Shown: one piece after another, positions 56,244 to 64,000 of the stretch
Layout: each line of letters opens with the position of its first letter
Numbering within the stretch: position 1 is the first letter of the stretch
Source: Akkermansia sp.
Lineage (GTDB): Bacteria > Verrucomicrobiota > Verrucomicrobiia > Verrucomicrobiales > Akkermansiaceae
Reading direction: 5' to 3'
NCBI GenBank assembly: GCA_045592685.1
Contig: JAZNVF010000086.1
Span: forward strand, 31,014 to 95,013
Length of the DNA: 64,000 nt
Position numbers and translations under genes: made by a program
The notes under the pieces: model-generated
Told to the model about the DNA's origin: nothing
The model's database searches: none
What the model saw: the letters and a program-made list of their open reading frames with translations, nothing else

Positions 56244-57317
56244 TTACTCGCCCAGCACACTGGCCAGCATGGATGCCACGCCCTGGAACGCGGCAGACAC
56301 CATACTCTGCCCCGGGTCTTTGAGAGCAACGGGAGCGCCCTCATCACCACAGGAGCGGGTTTCAATATCAAGCGGAATGCGACCAAGAAGCGGAACGCCG
56401 AGTTTCTGAGCCTCGCGCTCACCGCCGCCCTCGCCGAAGATGTTGTAGATGAGGCCGTCGCTCGGGCAGACGAAGTAGCTCATATTCTCGATGATGCCGA
56501 GAATCGGAGTTTCAACACGCTGGAAAAGCCCCACTGCCTTGCGGGCGTCGATAAGTGCTACCTCCTGCGGGGTGGTCACTACCACCACACCAGACAAATC
56601 GACCGTTTGCACGATAGTCAGCTGAATATCGCCGGTGCCCGGAGGCATGTCGAGAATAAGGAAATCGAGCCCACCCCACTCAACATCGCGCAGGAACTGC
56701 TGCACATAGCGCGTAGCAAGGGGACCACGCACGGCGACGGGGGAGGCCTCATCCACCATCAGGCCCATGGAAAGAAGTTTCACACCGTGAGCCTCTACCG
56801 GCAGGAACTGCTCTTTGTCGGAGCAACCGGGGCGCTCCTTGGTGCCGAACATCAGGGCCATGGAGGGACCGTAGATGTCGAGGTCAAGCAGACCGGTCTT
56901 ATAGCCCAGGCGAGAAAGCGCTACGGCCAGGTTGGCAGAGACGGTGCTTTTCCCCACACCGCCCTTGCCGGATGATACGGCGATGACGTGTTTCACGCCC
57001 GGCACGCTGGATTTCCAGTCGGCGGGGTCATCATTGCTTGCCACGCGGTTAGACTTGGGGGCGTGGTGCTCGATATTGACGTCGAGTTTTTTCACGCCGG
57101 GCAGCTCCTTTACCGTAGCCATCACGTTTTCATAGATGAAACGCGGCACATCAGCATTCTTACTCTCTATCAGCAGCTCGACAACCACTGCCCCCTCCGG
57201 AGAGACGGTGATATCTTTCACCAGGCCGAAGGAGACGATATCGCGGCTAAAACCGGGATATTTGACAGTTGTGAGAGCAGCGCGAACAAGCGCAGGTGAT
57301 AATTCAGGTTGACTCAT
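56244..57317 (-). CDS. apbC: Mrp/NBP35-family Fe-S cluster carrier ATPase
   Basis: N-terminal DUF59-like domain, then AVSSGKGGVGKST (deviant Walker A) and a CxxC-like CPSDG region. Confidence 0.9.
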   Translation of the reverse strand: MSQPELSPALVRAALTTVKYPGFSRDIVSFGLVKDITVSPEGAVVVELLIESKNADVPRFIYENVMATVKELPGVKKLDVNIEHHAPKSNRVASNDDPADWKSSVPGVKHVIAVSSGKGGVGKSTVSANLAVALSRLGYKTGLLDLDIYGPSMALMFGTKERPGCSDKEQFLPVEAHGVKLLSMGLMVDEASPVAVRGPLATRYVQQFLRDVEWGGLDFLILDMPPGTGDIQLTIVQTVDLSGVVVVTTPQEVALIDARKAVGLFQRVETPILGIIENMSYFVCPSDGLIYNIFGEGGGEREAQKLGVPLLGRIPLDIETRSCGDEGAPVALKDPGQSMVSAAFQGVASMLASVLGE

Positions 57318-57331
57318 GTCGTTAATCTGTT

Positions 57332-57574
57332 TTACTTAATTCTTTTTCGAGAAGAGGGTCCAGGGGGCGAAAATGGCGCGTACCGTGGCAGCAAAGACCG
57401 GGCAGAACCAGCCACCACACCCACAGCTGCCACCGCATTATCAAACGAAAGAGAAAAATCCGTAAGCTCTATACTACATACCGTCGCCCAGAATCCCTTG
57501 CCGGCAACTAACAGAAACGCAGCAGGATTCTGCGAAACCAGCTCGAAAGCAGTTTGTAAAGTCTGCGTTGCCAT
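57332..57574 (-). CDS. 80-aa ORF resembling the N-terminus of a DUF475/TerC-like membrane protein (small gene or remnant)
   Basis: SIELTDFSLSFDNAVAAVGV resembles the E.SLSFDNAV motif, recalled from memory. The sequence becomes non-membrane-like after about aa 57. It has its own promoter-like element. Confidence 0.35.
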   Translation of the reverse strand: MATQTLQTAFELVSQNPAAFLLVAGKGFWATVCSIELTDFSLSFDNAVAAVGVVAGSARSLLPRYAPFSPPGPSSRKRIK

Positions 57575-57580
57575 GTGCCG

Positions 57581-57609
57581 AGCCTATCACAAATTGATTC
57601 TGAATGCAA
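57581..57609 (-). promoter_or_regulatory. Possible promoter (leaderless geometry) for the 80-aa ORF and mrp
   Basis: On the - strand: TTGCAT (57609-57604), N17, TAGGCT (57586-57581), N6, ATG 57574. Confidence 0.35.
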
Positions 57610-57675
57610 GCCTATCATCTGACTTCGGTCTTGTTTTTTGGGGTCAGGGGCTCGGGTGAGCGTCAAGCGGGCGGC

Positions 57676-58944
57676 TTATGAGAGCGGTTGCCTGAGCAAG
57701 AGAGCGGCGTAGGCACCGTCTGCCTGCTCGCGGTGGGGCAACGCAAGGTAATCTTCCGCGAGGCTGAAATCAGGGTGAAGGGAGAGGAAAGTCTCGACCA
57801 CGGAGCGATTCTCCTGCCTATCTATGGAACAAGTGGAATACACTAGGCGGCCACCCGGGCGCACGGCAGCAGCAGCACAGGTGAGAATCTGCAACTGAAG
57901 TTGAGACAGGCGGTCAAACTCTGCCGGTTGAAGTCGCCAGCGGGCATCTACCCTGCGCTGCAACACGCCGCTGTTGCTACATGGGACATCCAGCAGCACA
58001 GCATCGAACACGCCCTGCCAGGGCTCCGGGCAAGGGCGAGACCAGTCGTGCAACTGCACTTCTACCTGCTCACCCTCAGCGCGCATGAGGTTCACGCGCA
58101 GCTGCGGCAAGCGGTGGGGCTCTGCATCTGTGGCCAGCAGGTTAATCTTACCCAGCGTGGCGGCAATCATGGCACAGGATTTCCCGCCCGGCGCGGCGCA
58201 GGCATCGAGCACACGTTCACCCGGGCGGGGAGCCAACAAACGCACGGAGTGGCGGGTCGAGGGGTCTGCTACATAAATACGCCCCTGACTGAGCTCATTC
58301 AATGGCAATCCGGCAGGTAATCTGAACCACCCCTCCACACCCGGCAACGGCTGCCACTCCGGCGCGATTGAAGGTGGATTGAGCGGATTGATACGAGCAT
58401 ATACAAGCGGAGTTTGCACATTCCAGGCCAATATCTGCTCAGTCTCAGCCCTGCCGAACTCTGCACACCATCTCTCAACCAGCCAATCAGGCATCGAGTA
58501 TCGCACGCCGAGGGGCAAACGCTCCAGCTCACCTTCAAACTCAGCCCTGCGGCGAACAGCACTGCGCAACACTCCATTCGTCAAAGCTCGAAGGCGCTGC
58601 GGTGCCAGCGCTACGGTTTCACCCACGGCCGCATGGTCGGGCTTGTGCAGAACAAACAGCTGGCAAAGTCCCAGCAATATCAGCCAACGCGCAGAAGGCT
58701 CCAACTCACCACGGCGCAAAACCGAACATATATGCTCAAGCCAGCGCAGATTTCGCAGTGTGCCCAGCACCAGGGACTGTACCATGGCGCGGTTCTGAGG
58801 ATTGAGCTCGGTGCACTCACGCGAGATGATAGTCTCGGCAAATATCCCACCCTGCCCCCAGCGCTGCAAACAGTGCCAGGCAATACGACGGGGGGAGGCA
58901 GCAGGAGCGACTCTGCGGGTGTTCCGGGGTTGATATGCAGACAT
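57676..58944 (-). CDS. rsmB: 16S rRNA m5C967 methyltransferase
   Basis: NusB-like N-terminus, DACAAPGGKS, DVPCSNSG and YSTCS. Start at ATG 58944 (MSAYQPRN). Confidence 0.88.
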   Translation of the reverse strand: MSAYQPRNTRRVAPAASPRRIAWHCLQRWGQGGIFAETIISRECTELNPQNRAMVQSLVLGTLRNLRWLEHICSVLRRGELEPSARWLILLGLCQLFVLHKPDHAAVGETVALAPQRLRALTNGVLRSAVRRRAEFEGELERLPLGVRYSMPDWLVERWCAEFGRAETEQILAWNVQTPLVYARINPLNPPSIAPEWQPLPGVEGWFRLPAGLPLNELSQGRIYVADPSTRHSVRLLAPRPGERVLDACAAPGGKSCAMIAATLGKINLLATDAEPHRLPQLRVNLMRAEGEQVEVQLHDWSRPCPEPWQGVFDAVLLDVPCSNSGVLQRRVDARWRLQPAEFDRLSQLQLQILTCAAAAVRPGGRLVYSTCSIDRQENRSVVETFLSLHPDFSLAEDYLALPHREQADGAYAALLLRQPLS

Positions 58945-58957
58945 AAATAACAGAAAA

Positions 58958-59743
58958 TCAGTCTTGGAGGGTTCGCATTCGGAGAGCGGCGTGTATAGGC
59001 AGGTGCTTGTTCCAGGCGAGGACAGCACCACGATGCGGGCTATCGGGTTCGGGTGTGAATTCCATGGCTCCGCCCGCGCTTTCCAATATAACACGCGCTG
59101 CCGCAAAGTCCCAGAGATTGATACGGTTCTCTATATAGGCATCGAACCTGCCGGCGGCTATATAGCAGAGAGTCAGCGCGGCTGAACCCAATATGCGAAC
59201 CTTGCGCACCTGCGACGAAATGTGAGCAAAACGCCGCACGCCCTCTGAACCCGACCCATCATGCGTGCCGTGCCCCACAAAAACAACGGCCTCCGCCATA
59301 CGACTGCGGGCAGATACCTGTATGGGACGCCCATTGAGCAGGGCCCCTGCTCCGGCCAGAGCGGTGAAACATTCATCCTGCATGGGGTCATATACACAGC
59401 CGAGCACAAGCTGCCCCTTCACCTGCAGGGCTATACTCACACAGAAAATGGGGATTCCGTAGAAATAATTGACCGTGCCGTCAATTGGGTCGACAATCCA
59501 GAGAGCCTCGGCAGCCATGGAGCCGGTCTCCCCCTCTTCACCCAATACGGAATAGTGAGGATAAGCAGATAGCAGGCTGCGGGTGATAAGCTGCTGCGTA
59601 TCGCAGTCGAGCTGCAGTTTAAGGTCATGCGGCAGCTCAGCGTTCACCTGCCTGACATCCGCAAAACGCGCCCGCAGGAATTCACCGGCGGCGCGAGCTG
59701 CTGAAACAGCAGCACTGAGCTGGGAGCTGTAATCTGTGGTCAT
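58958..59743 (-). CDS. Inositol monophosphatase family protein (SuhB-like)
   Basis: Contains LGEEG, WIVDPIDGTVNY and the WD.AAG pattern. Confidence 0.88.
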   Translation of the reverse strand: MTTDYSSQLSAAVSAARAAGEFLRARFADVRQVNAELPHDLKLQLDCDTQQLITRSLLSAYPHYSVLGEEGETGSMAAEALWIVDPIDGTVNYFYGIPIFCVSIALQVKGQLVLGCVYDPMQDECFTALAGAGALLNGRPIQVSARSRMAEAVVFVGHGTHDGSGSEGVRRFAHISSQVRKVRILGSAALTLCYIAAGRFDAYIENRINLWDFAAARVILESAGGAMEFTPEPDSPHRGAVLAWNKHLPIHAALRMRTLQD

Positions 59744-61629
59744 GATTTTTTCTGCCTGTCGCTACGCTCTTTCAGAGATGCCCTGGCGGCGGCGTGCAGC
59801 TCGCGTGCCAGACAATAAGAGACCTTCTTAATCAGCGCGCTCATTCTGCTGCTTTCCGGCATATCGGCGGGGTCATCGAACCCCATCCACACGAACACGG
59901 CCACCCCCTTTTTATTGAATACCATACAGAGGTTACCGCTCTTGCCGTGCAGAGTTTCATTCAGAACAGTCAGCCCTCCCTCAGTCGCAATAAAGGGTGG
60001 AATCTTGGCAACAGCTCCGGCCCCTTCCCGGCGGATATACTCACCGTCAACCTCGGGTTGGTAGGCATGCAACATATTGCCGGCTCTGCTCCAAACCCGA
60101 TCTATCAGGTGAAAGCTGTGATCTCGCCCCTCGTTCTGGATGTCGAAAAGAATGCGAGCCAGATCTATGCGTTTCATGGGAAATTCCCCTCGATATAACT
60201 CCATGGCCTTTTCCTTGGGCGGCAGATTGAGCCCCAGACCGAGTTTTTCGTAGGCTGCGTGCACAACATCATAGCCGAGATTTCGACCGGTTGCCTCAGC
60301 ATTGCGGGCAACGATGTGAGCGGAATCTCCACCGGGCAGACAAGCACACAGGTAGAGGAAAGGCGATATGGCGTTGCCGGGTGTGCACATTTCATTCCAA
60401 CGATCTCGGCCATCGACAGCGCTGCGGCCGGAAACCATGGCCAGCACACGCCCCTTGTTGTTGCGGCGGGCATCTACCACAAGCACGCAGCACTGCAATA
60501 TATGAGCCATGTCATTGTTCATACCGCGTACCTTCATATCAGAAGGGCGCTCTACCTTCTCCTCGAAGAATTTACGCTGTCGCTGCGCCTCTTCCGGGTT
60601 TTCATGCAGGAAAGGCAACCAGTGGTCCGGGAAATTACCGGCTTTTTCCACCACGACAAGCGCCTGCTCCGTGGCGATTTCGACCTGTTTCTGCAGCTCC
60701 AGGTGCAGATTGCTCACGACGGATATACCCGCGACATGCTCACCGAGCTCACCGCGCAAATCATCGAGTTCACGGTGGGCCCACATAGTGGCATACGAAA
60801 GCACGGGGCGAGAGTTGTCGCGCCCCTCGGCCAGGTGAATGTTTTCAGCGACGGCGTTGTCATACTCCTCTTGCGATATCATGCCGAGGGTCTGCATGCG
60901 AGCGAGGGTTTCTCGTTTAACCCCCATGGCGTTATCCATATCCGCTATAGGGTTGCAGAGCGATGGAGCCCGCACCAGACCGGCCAGTGTGGCACATTCC
61001 ACCAGATTGAGCTCCGAAACGTGCTTGCCGAAATACCGGTCGGCAGCTGCGGCCACCCCGTAACAATTGCTGCCGAAATATATACGGTTGAGATATTGCG
61101 TGAATATCGTCTGTTTGTCGTAGCGATTCTCTATGCGCTGAGCAAGCAGGGCTTCGAGCAGTTTACGGTCGAGCGTCTTCTCACTCATCTCATACACATT
61201 GCGCGTGAGCTGCATGGTGATGGTGGAGGCTCCCTGCTCGTAACTGAGCGACATCAGGTTGCGAAACAATGAGCGCAGAACGGAGGAGTATACCACGCCA
61301 TTGTGCGAGAAGAATGTTTCATCCTCGCGGGCCACAAAAGCATTCACCAGATTCTGTGGCAGGTCGTTCCACTGCACCACGTTCATTGTTTCTCCGGTGA
61401 GTGTGGCAAGCGCCTTGTTGTCACAATCGTACAACATGCTCTCATTGCTCACCAGCAGCACACGATCCAGGTCATACTGCCGGGCACGGCAGTCGTACGT
61501 CACATATACCGTTAGCAGGGCAACGAAGACGAAGAAGAAAACAACGCCTACGACTAACAACTTCTTTTGGCTGATACTCAGTAATCTGTACCAGCGTTTG
61601 CGGCGATTTTCACCCCGGGAATAATACAT
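59740..61629 (-). CDS. Class-A-PBP-like protein: active GT51 glycosyltransferase plus degenerate transpeptidase-like domain
   Basis: N-terminal TM. GT51 motifs REDETFFSHNG and GASTITMQLTRN. In the TP region the expected GS.FKPF reads GNAISPF (60361-60381); KSG replaces KTG. An ATGA overlap joins it to the downstream IMPase gene. Confidence 0.85.
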   Translation of the reverse strand: MYYSRGENRRKRWYRLLSISQKKLLVVGVVFFFVFVALLTVYVTYDCRARQYDLDRVLLVSNESMLYDCDNKALATLTGETMNVVQWNDLPQNLVNAFVAREDETFFSHNGVVYSSVLRSLFRNLMSLSYEQGASTITMQLTRNVYEMSEKTLDRKLLEALLAQRIENRYDKQTIFTQYLNRIYFGSNCYGVAAAADRYFGKHVSELNLVECATLAGLVRAPSLCNPIADMDNAMGVKRETLARMQTLGMISQEEYDNAVAENIHLAEGRDNSRPVLSYATMWAHRELDDLRGELGEHVAGISVVSNLHLELQKQVEIATEQALVVVEKAGNFPDHWLPFLHENPEEAQRQRKFFEEKVERPSDMKVRGMNNDMAHILQCCVLVVDARRNNKGRVLAMVSGRSAVDGRDRWNEMCTPGNAISPFLYLCACLPGGDSAHIVARNAEATGRNLGYDVVHAAYEKLGLGLNLPPKEKAMELYRGEFPMKRIDLARILFDIQNEGRDHSFHLIDRVWSRAGNMLHAYQPEVDGEYIRREGAGAVAKIPPFIATEGGLTVLNETLHGKSGNLCMVFNKKGVAVFVWMGFDDPADMPESSRMSALIKKVSYCLARELHAAARASLKERSDRQKKS

Positions 61630-61636
61630 GTCGAGC

Positions 61637-64000
61637 TCAGTCTTGCTGTTTGTCGTGCATCTTCATGAAGATACCGGTGTTCGGCTCAGGAAGCCAGTTG
61701 GGGAACTCTTTCTTGAGAGCCTCCTCATACTGGGCGGCTTCATTGCCATGCTGACTGCGGCGCAGTGCATGTGCAACCTTGTAAAGACCGAGCGGCTTGA
61801 GATCCTTGTCGCTCACCACATTGGCAGTACGCCCGTAATACTTCGCAGCCTCGATGAAATTGCGTTCGGCGTAGTATGTATCACCCAATGTAAGGAAAGT
61901 ATAGGACTTAATGGGGCCGTCAATACCCATTTCAATGGCCTCCTCACAAAGTTTGCGAGCCTCTTCTGTTCGATGAAGCCCTATGAGCAACTGAGCCTTG
62001 TCGCGCATACCCTCTGCCTTGCGGTAGGGCTTGTCCTCCATGCTCACATAGTGCTCAGCAGCCTCAAGACCGCTTTCGTACTGGCGCAGCTCCAGGCGTG
62101 TGCGGGCGAGAGTCTTCCACACCAGCGACTGAACTGCTGCGCGCTCTTTCTGCTGCCCCTGGGCATCGGTATATTTCTCGCGGGGAGAGCGCCCCACTGC
62201 GTCCGAGAGATACTCGTCTGCCTTCAGATACTGCTTGTTCTGGAAACACTTCCAACCGCACCAGAGCGGAATATCCGCAGGGAGAGCACGGTAGGTATCG
62301 GGGTTATTCGTCTTGAGGGTGTTGAGCGCCTCCAGCAGGTTTGCGGCATCCTCCAGCCTGTAGTAGCACTGTACCAGGCACAGGTCAGAAACGGAAGCGA
62401 AGCGCTCGGGGTCTGTATTGCGAGCCTCCATGAAGTGGGGTATAGCTTCAGCAGGTGCAGTTTCGGCCTTGGCTCGAGCGATGTGATAGTGAGCCTCGGC
62501 AATGGCGGAGGGTTTTACCGCCCGGTTAGAGCTCTTAATGAGCATCTCATAGTAATGAATCATTTTTGCCGTATCTTTGCCCTCTGCAGATGCAAGAGCG
62601 GCCTTCTGCATGCAGGTGGGGGCCGATGAAGATGAGGGGTAATCATTTATCACCTTGTCGAAATCGGCAATAGCTGCAGTGAGGTTATTCAGGTGCATGT
62701 TGCAGATACCGCGCATGGCCAGAATCTCCGGCATGTGAACATCGGCAGGGTACAGTTTCACAAACTCATCGAGCACCTTCAGAGCCTGCATTTCATTGTT
62801 CTCTACTTTCGTGGCAGACCAGGCGCGCTTATACATGATATCAGCGCGTTCCTTTTCGGACAAACCGGAAAGGTTGTTGTAGTTAATGGCCTCGTACTGC
62901 CGGGATGCCTCCTGCGGCGAAGCAAGCAGCAATCTGTCAGCGTACATGACTCGCACCAAATCAACACAGGGTAATGTAGCCGTGGGTTTACCATGCGCGC
63001 CGTATGTGTTGAGATATTTCTGTGCATCGAGCATGAAGTCGGGCTTTCGCGACAGTCTGTAACATATCAGCCGGCGGTATGCACAATCCGCAGCAATGAC
63101 ACTATTGGGCACAGCGGTCTCCGCGACCAGGAACCAGCGTACGGCCACCTCGTACTTGCGGAGTTCCATATACGATACACCGACATATACAGCGCGTTTA
63201 GCCTCACTCTCTGGGGAATTCATTTCGACGTAAGTACCGGTGGTGACGGTATTTATCACCCCCTGATAATCTTTCGCCTGCATCTGATTACGCAGTGTGA
63301 TGAGCTGAGCCTCGGAATTATGCTTTTCCATTCCGGGCATCCCCTGAAGCGACGAGTAGTGTCTCTGCGCTTCATCCATCTTGCCGAGCTTTACGGCAAG
63401 TCGAGCAGCCTGCAGTGTGGCCGTGCTGCGGCGGGTGGCTTCGAGATTGGGATTGTTCAGCAGACGGGTGAACAAGGCATAAGCCTGTTCATATTCGGAA
63501 ATCTCCGTCTTCATCTGCGCTAATTCGAACAGTGCAATTTCAGCATACACGGACTCAACGCCGGGCGTATCGACCAGCGCACGGAAAAGAGCCTCGGCCT
63601 CCTTCTTCTGACCAAGCTGTCGGTGAGCACGGGCAAGGCGGAAATTGGCATCATTGCGCATCTTGTCGGTCTGCGTTTCGCGCGCCGTGACCATGTAGTA
63701 ATTGCGAGCTTTCTCCCACAGGTTGCGAGAGGCTGCCTGCGTGGCAAGCTTGTAGGCCGCCGTGGCAGCAAACTCACCACCTCCCTTGCGGGCTGCTATC
63801 TTTTCCAGCACAGCATCCGCAGCAGAACGATTACCCAATTCCTCCAGACATACAGCCTGGCGGAATTGCGCTTTGATGGCGTTGGGAGAGTCCGGGAAAT
63901 CTTTGACAAAGCGCCCGAAAAGCTCTGCTGCACTAGCCAGGGCCATATTACGCCCCTGGGTATTCTTATCCGCACTGCGAGCCTGCGCGTAGAGGCTCTC
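61637..64000 (-). CDS. Large TPR-repeat protein, 5'-partial (frame open to window end)
   Basis: More than 780 codons of TPR-like helical repeats. I translated 63947-64000 in frame (ESLYAQARSADKNTQGRN-M...) and found no stop, so the true start is probably outside the window. Confidence 0.75.
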   Translation of the reverse strand, partial: ESLYAQARSADKNTQGRNMALASAAELFGRFVKDFPDSPNAIKAQFRQAVCLEELGNRSAADAVLEKIAARKGGGEFAATAAYKLATQAASRNLWEKARNYYMVTARETQTDKMRNDANFRLARAHRQLGQKKEAEALFRALVDTPGVESVYAEIALFELAQMKTEISEYEQAYALFTRLLNNPNLEATRRSTATLQAARLAVKLGKMDEAQRHYSSLQGMPGMEKHNSEAQLITLRNQMQAKDYQGVINTVTTGTYVEMNSPESEAKRAVYVGVSYMELRKYEVAVRWFLVAETAVPNSVIAADCAYRRLICYRLSRKPDFMLDAQKYLNTYGAHGKPTATLPCVDLVRVMYADRLLLASPQEASRQYEAINYNNLSGLSEKERADIMYKRAWSATKVENNEMQALKVLDEFVKLYPADVHMPEILAMRGICNMHLNNLTAAIADFDKVINDYPSSSSAPTCMQKAALASAEGKDTAKMIHYYEMLIKSSNRAVKPSAIAEAHYHIARAKAETAPAEAIPHFMEARNTDPERFASVSDLCLVQCYYRLEDAANLLEALNTLKTNNPDTYRALPADIPLWCGWKCFQNKQYLKADEYLSDAVGRSPREKYTDAQGQQKERAAVQSLVWKTLARTRLELRQYESGLEAAEHYVSMEDKPYRKAEGMRDKAQLLIGLHRTEEARKLCEEAIEMGIDGPIKSYTFLTLGDTYYAERNFIEAAKYYGRTANVVSDKDLKPLGLYKVAHALRRSQHGNEAAQYEEALKKEFPNWLPEPNTGIFMKMHDKQQD

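Noticed and set aside
57309-57659. 116-aa + strand ORF in the mrp-rsmB gap.
   Set aside because: It has no promoter or start context and a low-complexity product, and it is antisense to the better supported 80-aa - strand ORF.
43461-62629. Other long antisense ORFs: 43461-44615, 45853-47127, 49813-50793, 54804-56147, 56142-56975, 60259-61272, 61628-62629.
   Set aside because: Each mirrors a confidently identified gene (ugd, malic enzyme, lnt, trpB, mrp, the PBP-like gene, the TPR gene). I treated them as shadow ORFs.
1-64000. Search for mobile elements, prophage, restriction-modification, toxin-antitoxin pairs, reverse transcriptases and other known defence modules.
   Set aside because: No integrase, transposase, terminal inverted repeats, tRNA-adjacent islands or recognisable defence domains were seen in any frame. 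Gene content and composition look like core chromosome throughout.

Overview
The window is a 64 kb stretch of core chromosome from a diderm bacterium (LptF/G, Lnt and an RND pump are present). By eye, GC is in the mid-to-upper 50s %. The mix of Sel1/TPR proteins, a GldA/F/G-like ABC cluster with a DUF4340-like gene, a DUF1570-like HExxH protein and many genes with no Shine-Dalgarno motif looks PVC/Verrucomicrobiota-like; this is inference only and cannot be checked here.

I support about 50 protein genes:
- **Housekeeping:** hisH, hisB, tlyA, prmA, tsaB, adk, dxr, gpmI, ligA, ugd, malic enzyme, lnt, gatB, trpB, apbC/mrp, rsmB and an IMPase.
- **RNA genes:** one clear ncRNA, a type-A RNase P RNA (rnpB, about 35065-35445, + strand).
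- **Regulatory sites:** several intrinsic terminators and a recurrent sigma70-like promoter geometry.
- **Not found:** no rRNA, tRNA, CRISPR array, transposase, integrase or prophage signature.

The most unusual content:
1. An envelope-export locus (14700-24219). It contains a YkgJ-type Cys-cluster protein translationally coupled to a 1198-aa ABCG-type transporter. That transporter carries an N-terminal TerB-like region, two degenerate FHA-like modules and a large extracytoplasmic loop. An RND operon follows whose adaptor is a naturally fused two-module membrane fusion protein, and no outer-membrane factor gene follows it.
2. At least a dozen promoters sit so close to the ATG that the mRNAs should be leaderless or nearly so. 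One case is a mirror-symmetric divergent promoter pair for rnpB and dxr.
3. An orphan + strand terminator-type hairpin lies opposite a 34-codon ORF that has the only strong AGGAGG in the window.
4. A class-A-PBP-like protein has intact GT51 motifs but lacks the transpeptidase SxxK serine and lysine.
5. A membrane PP2C sensor phosphatase sits next to a Hanks kinase with a TPR ectodomain.

All functional calls rest on motif recognition by eye. No database search was run.
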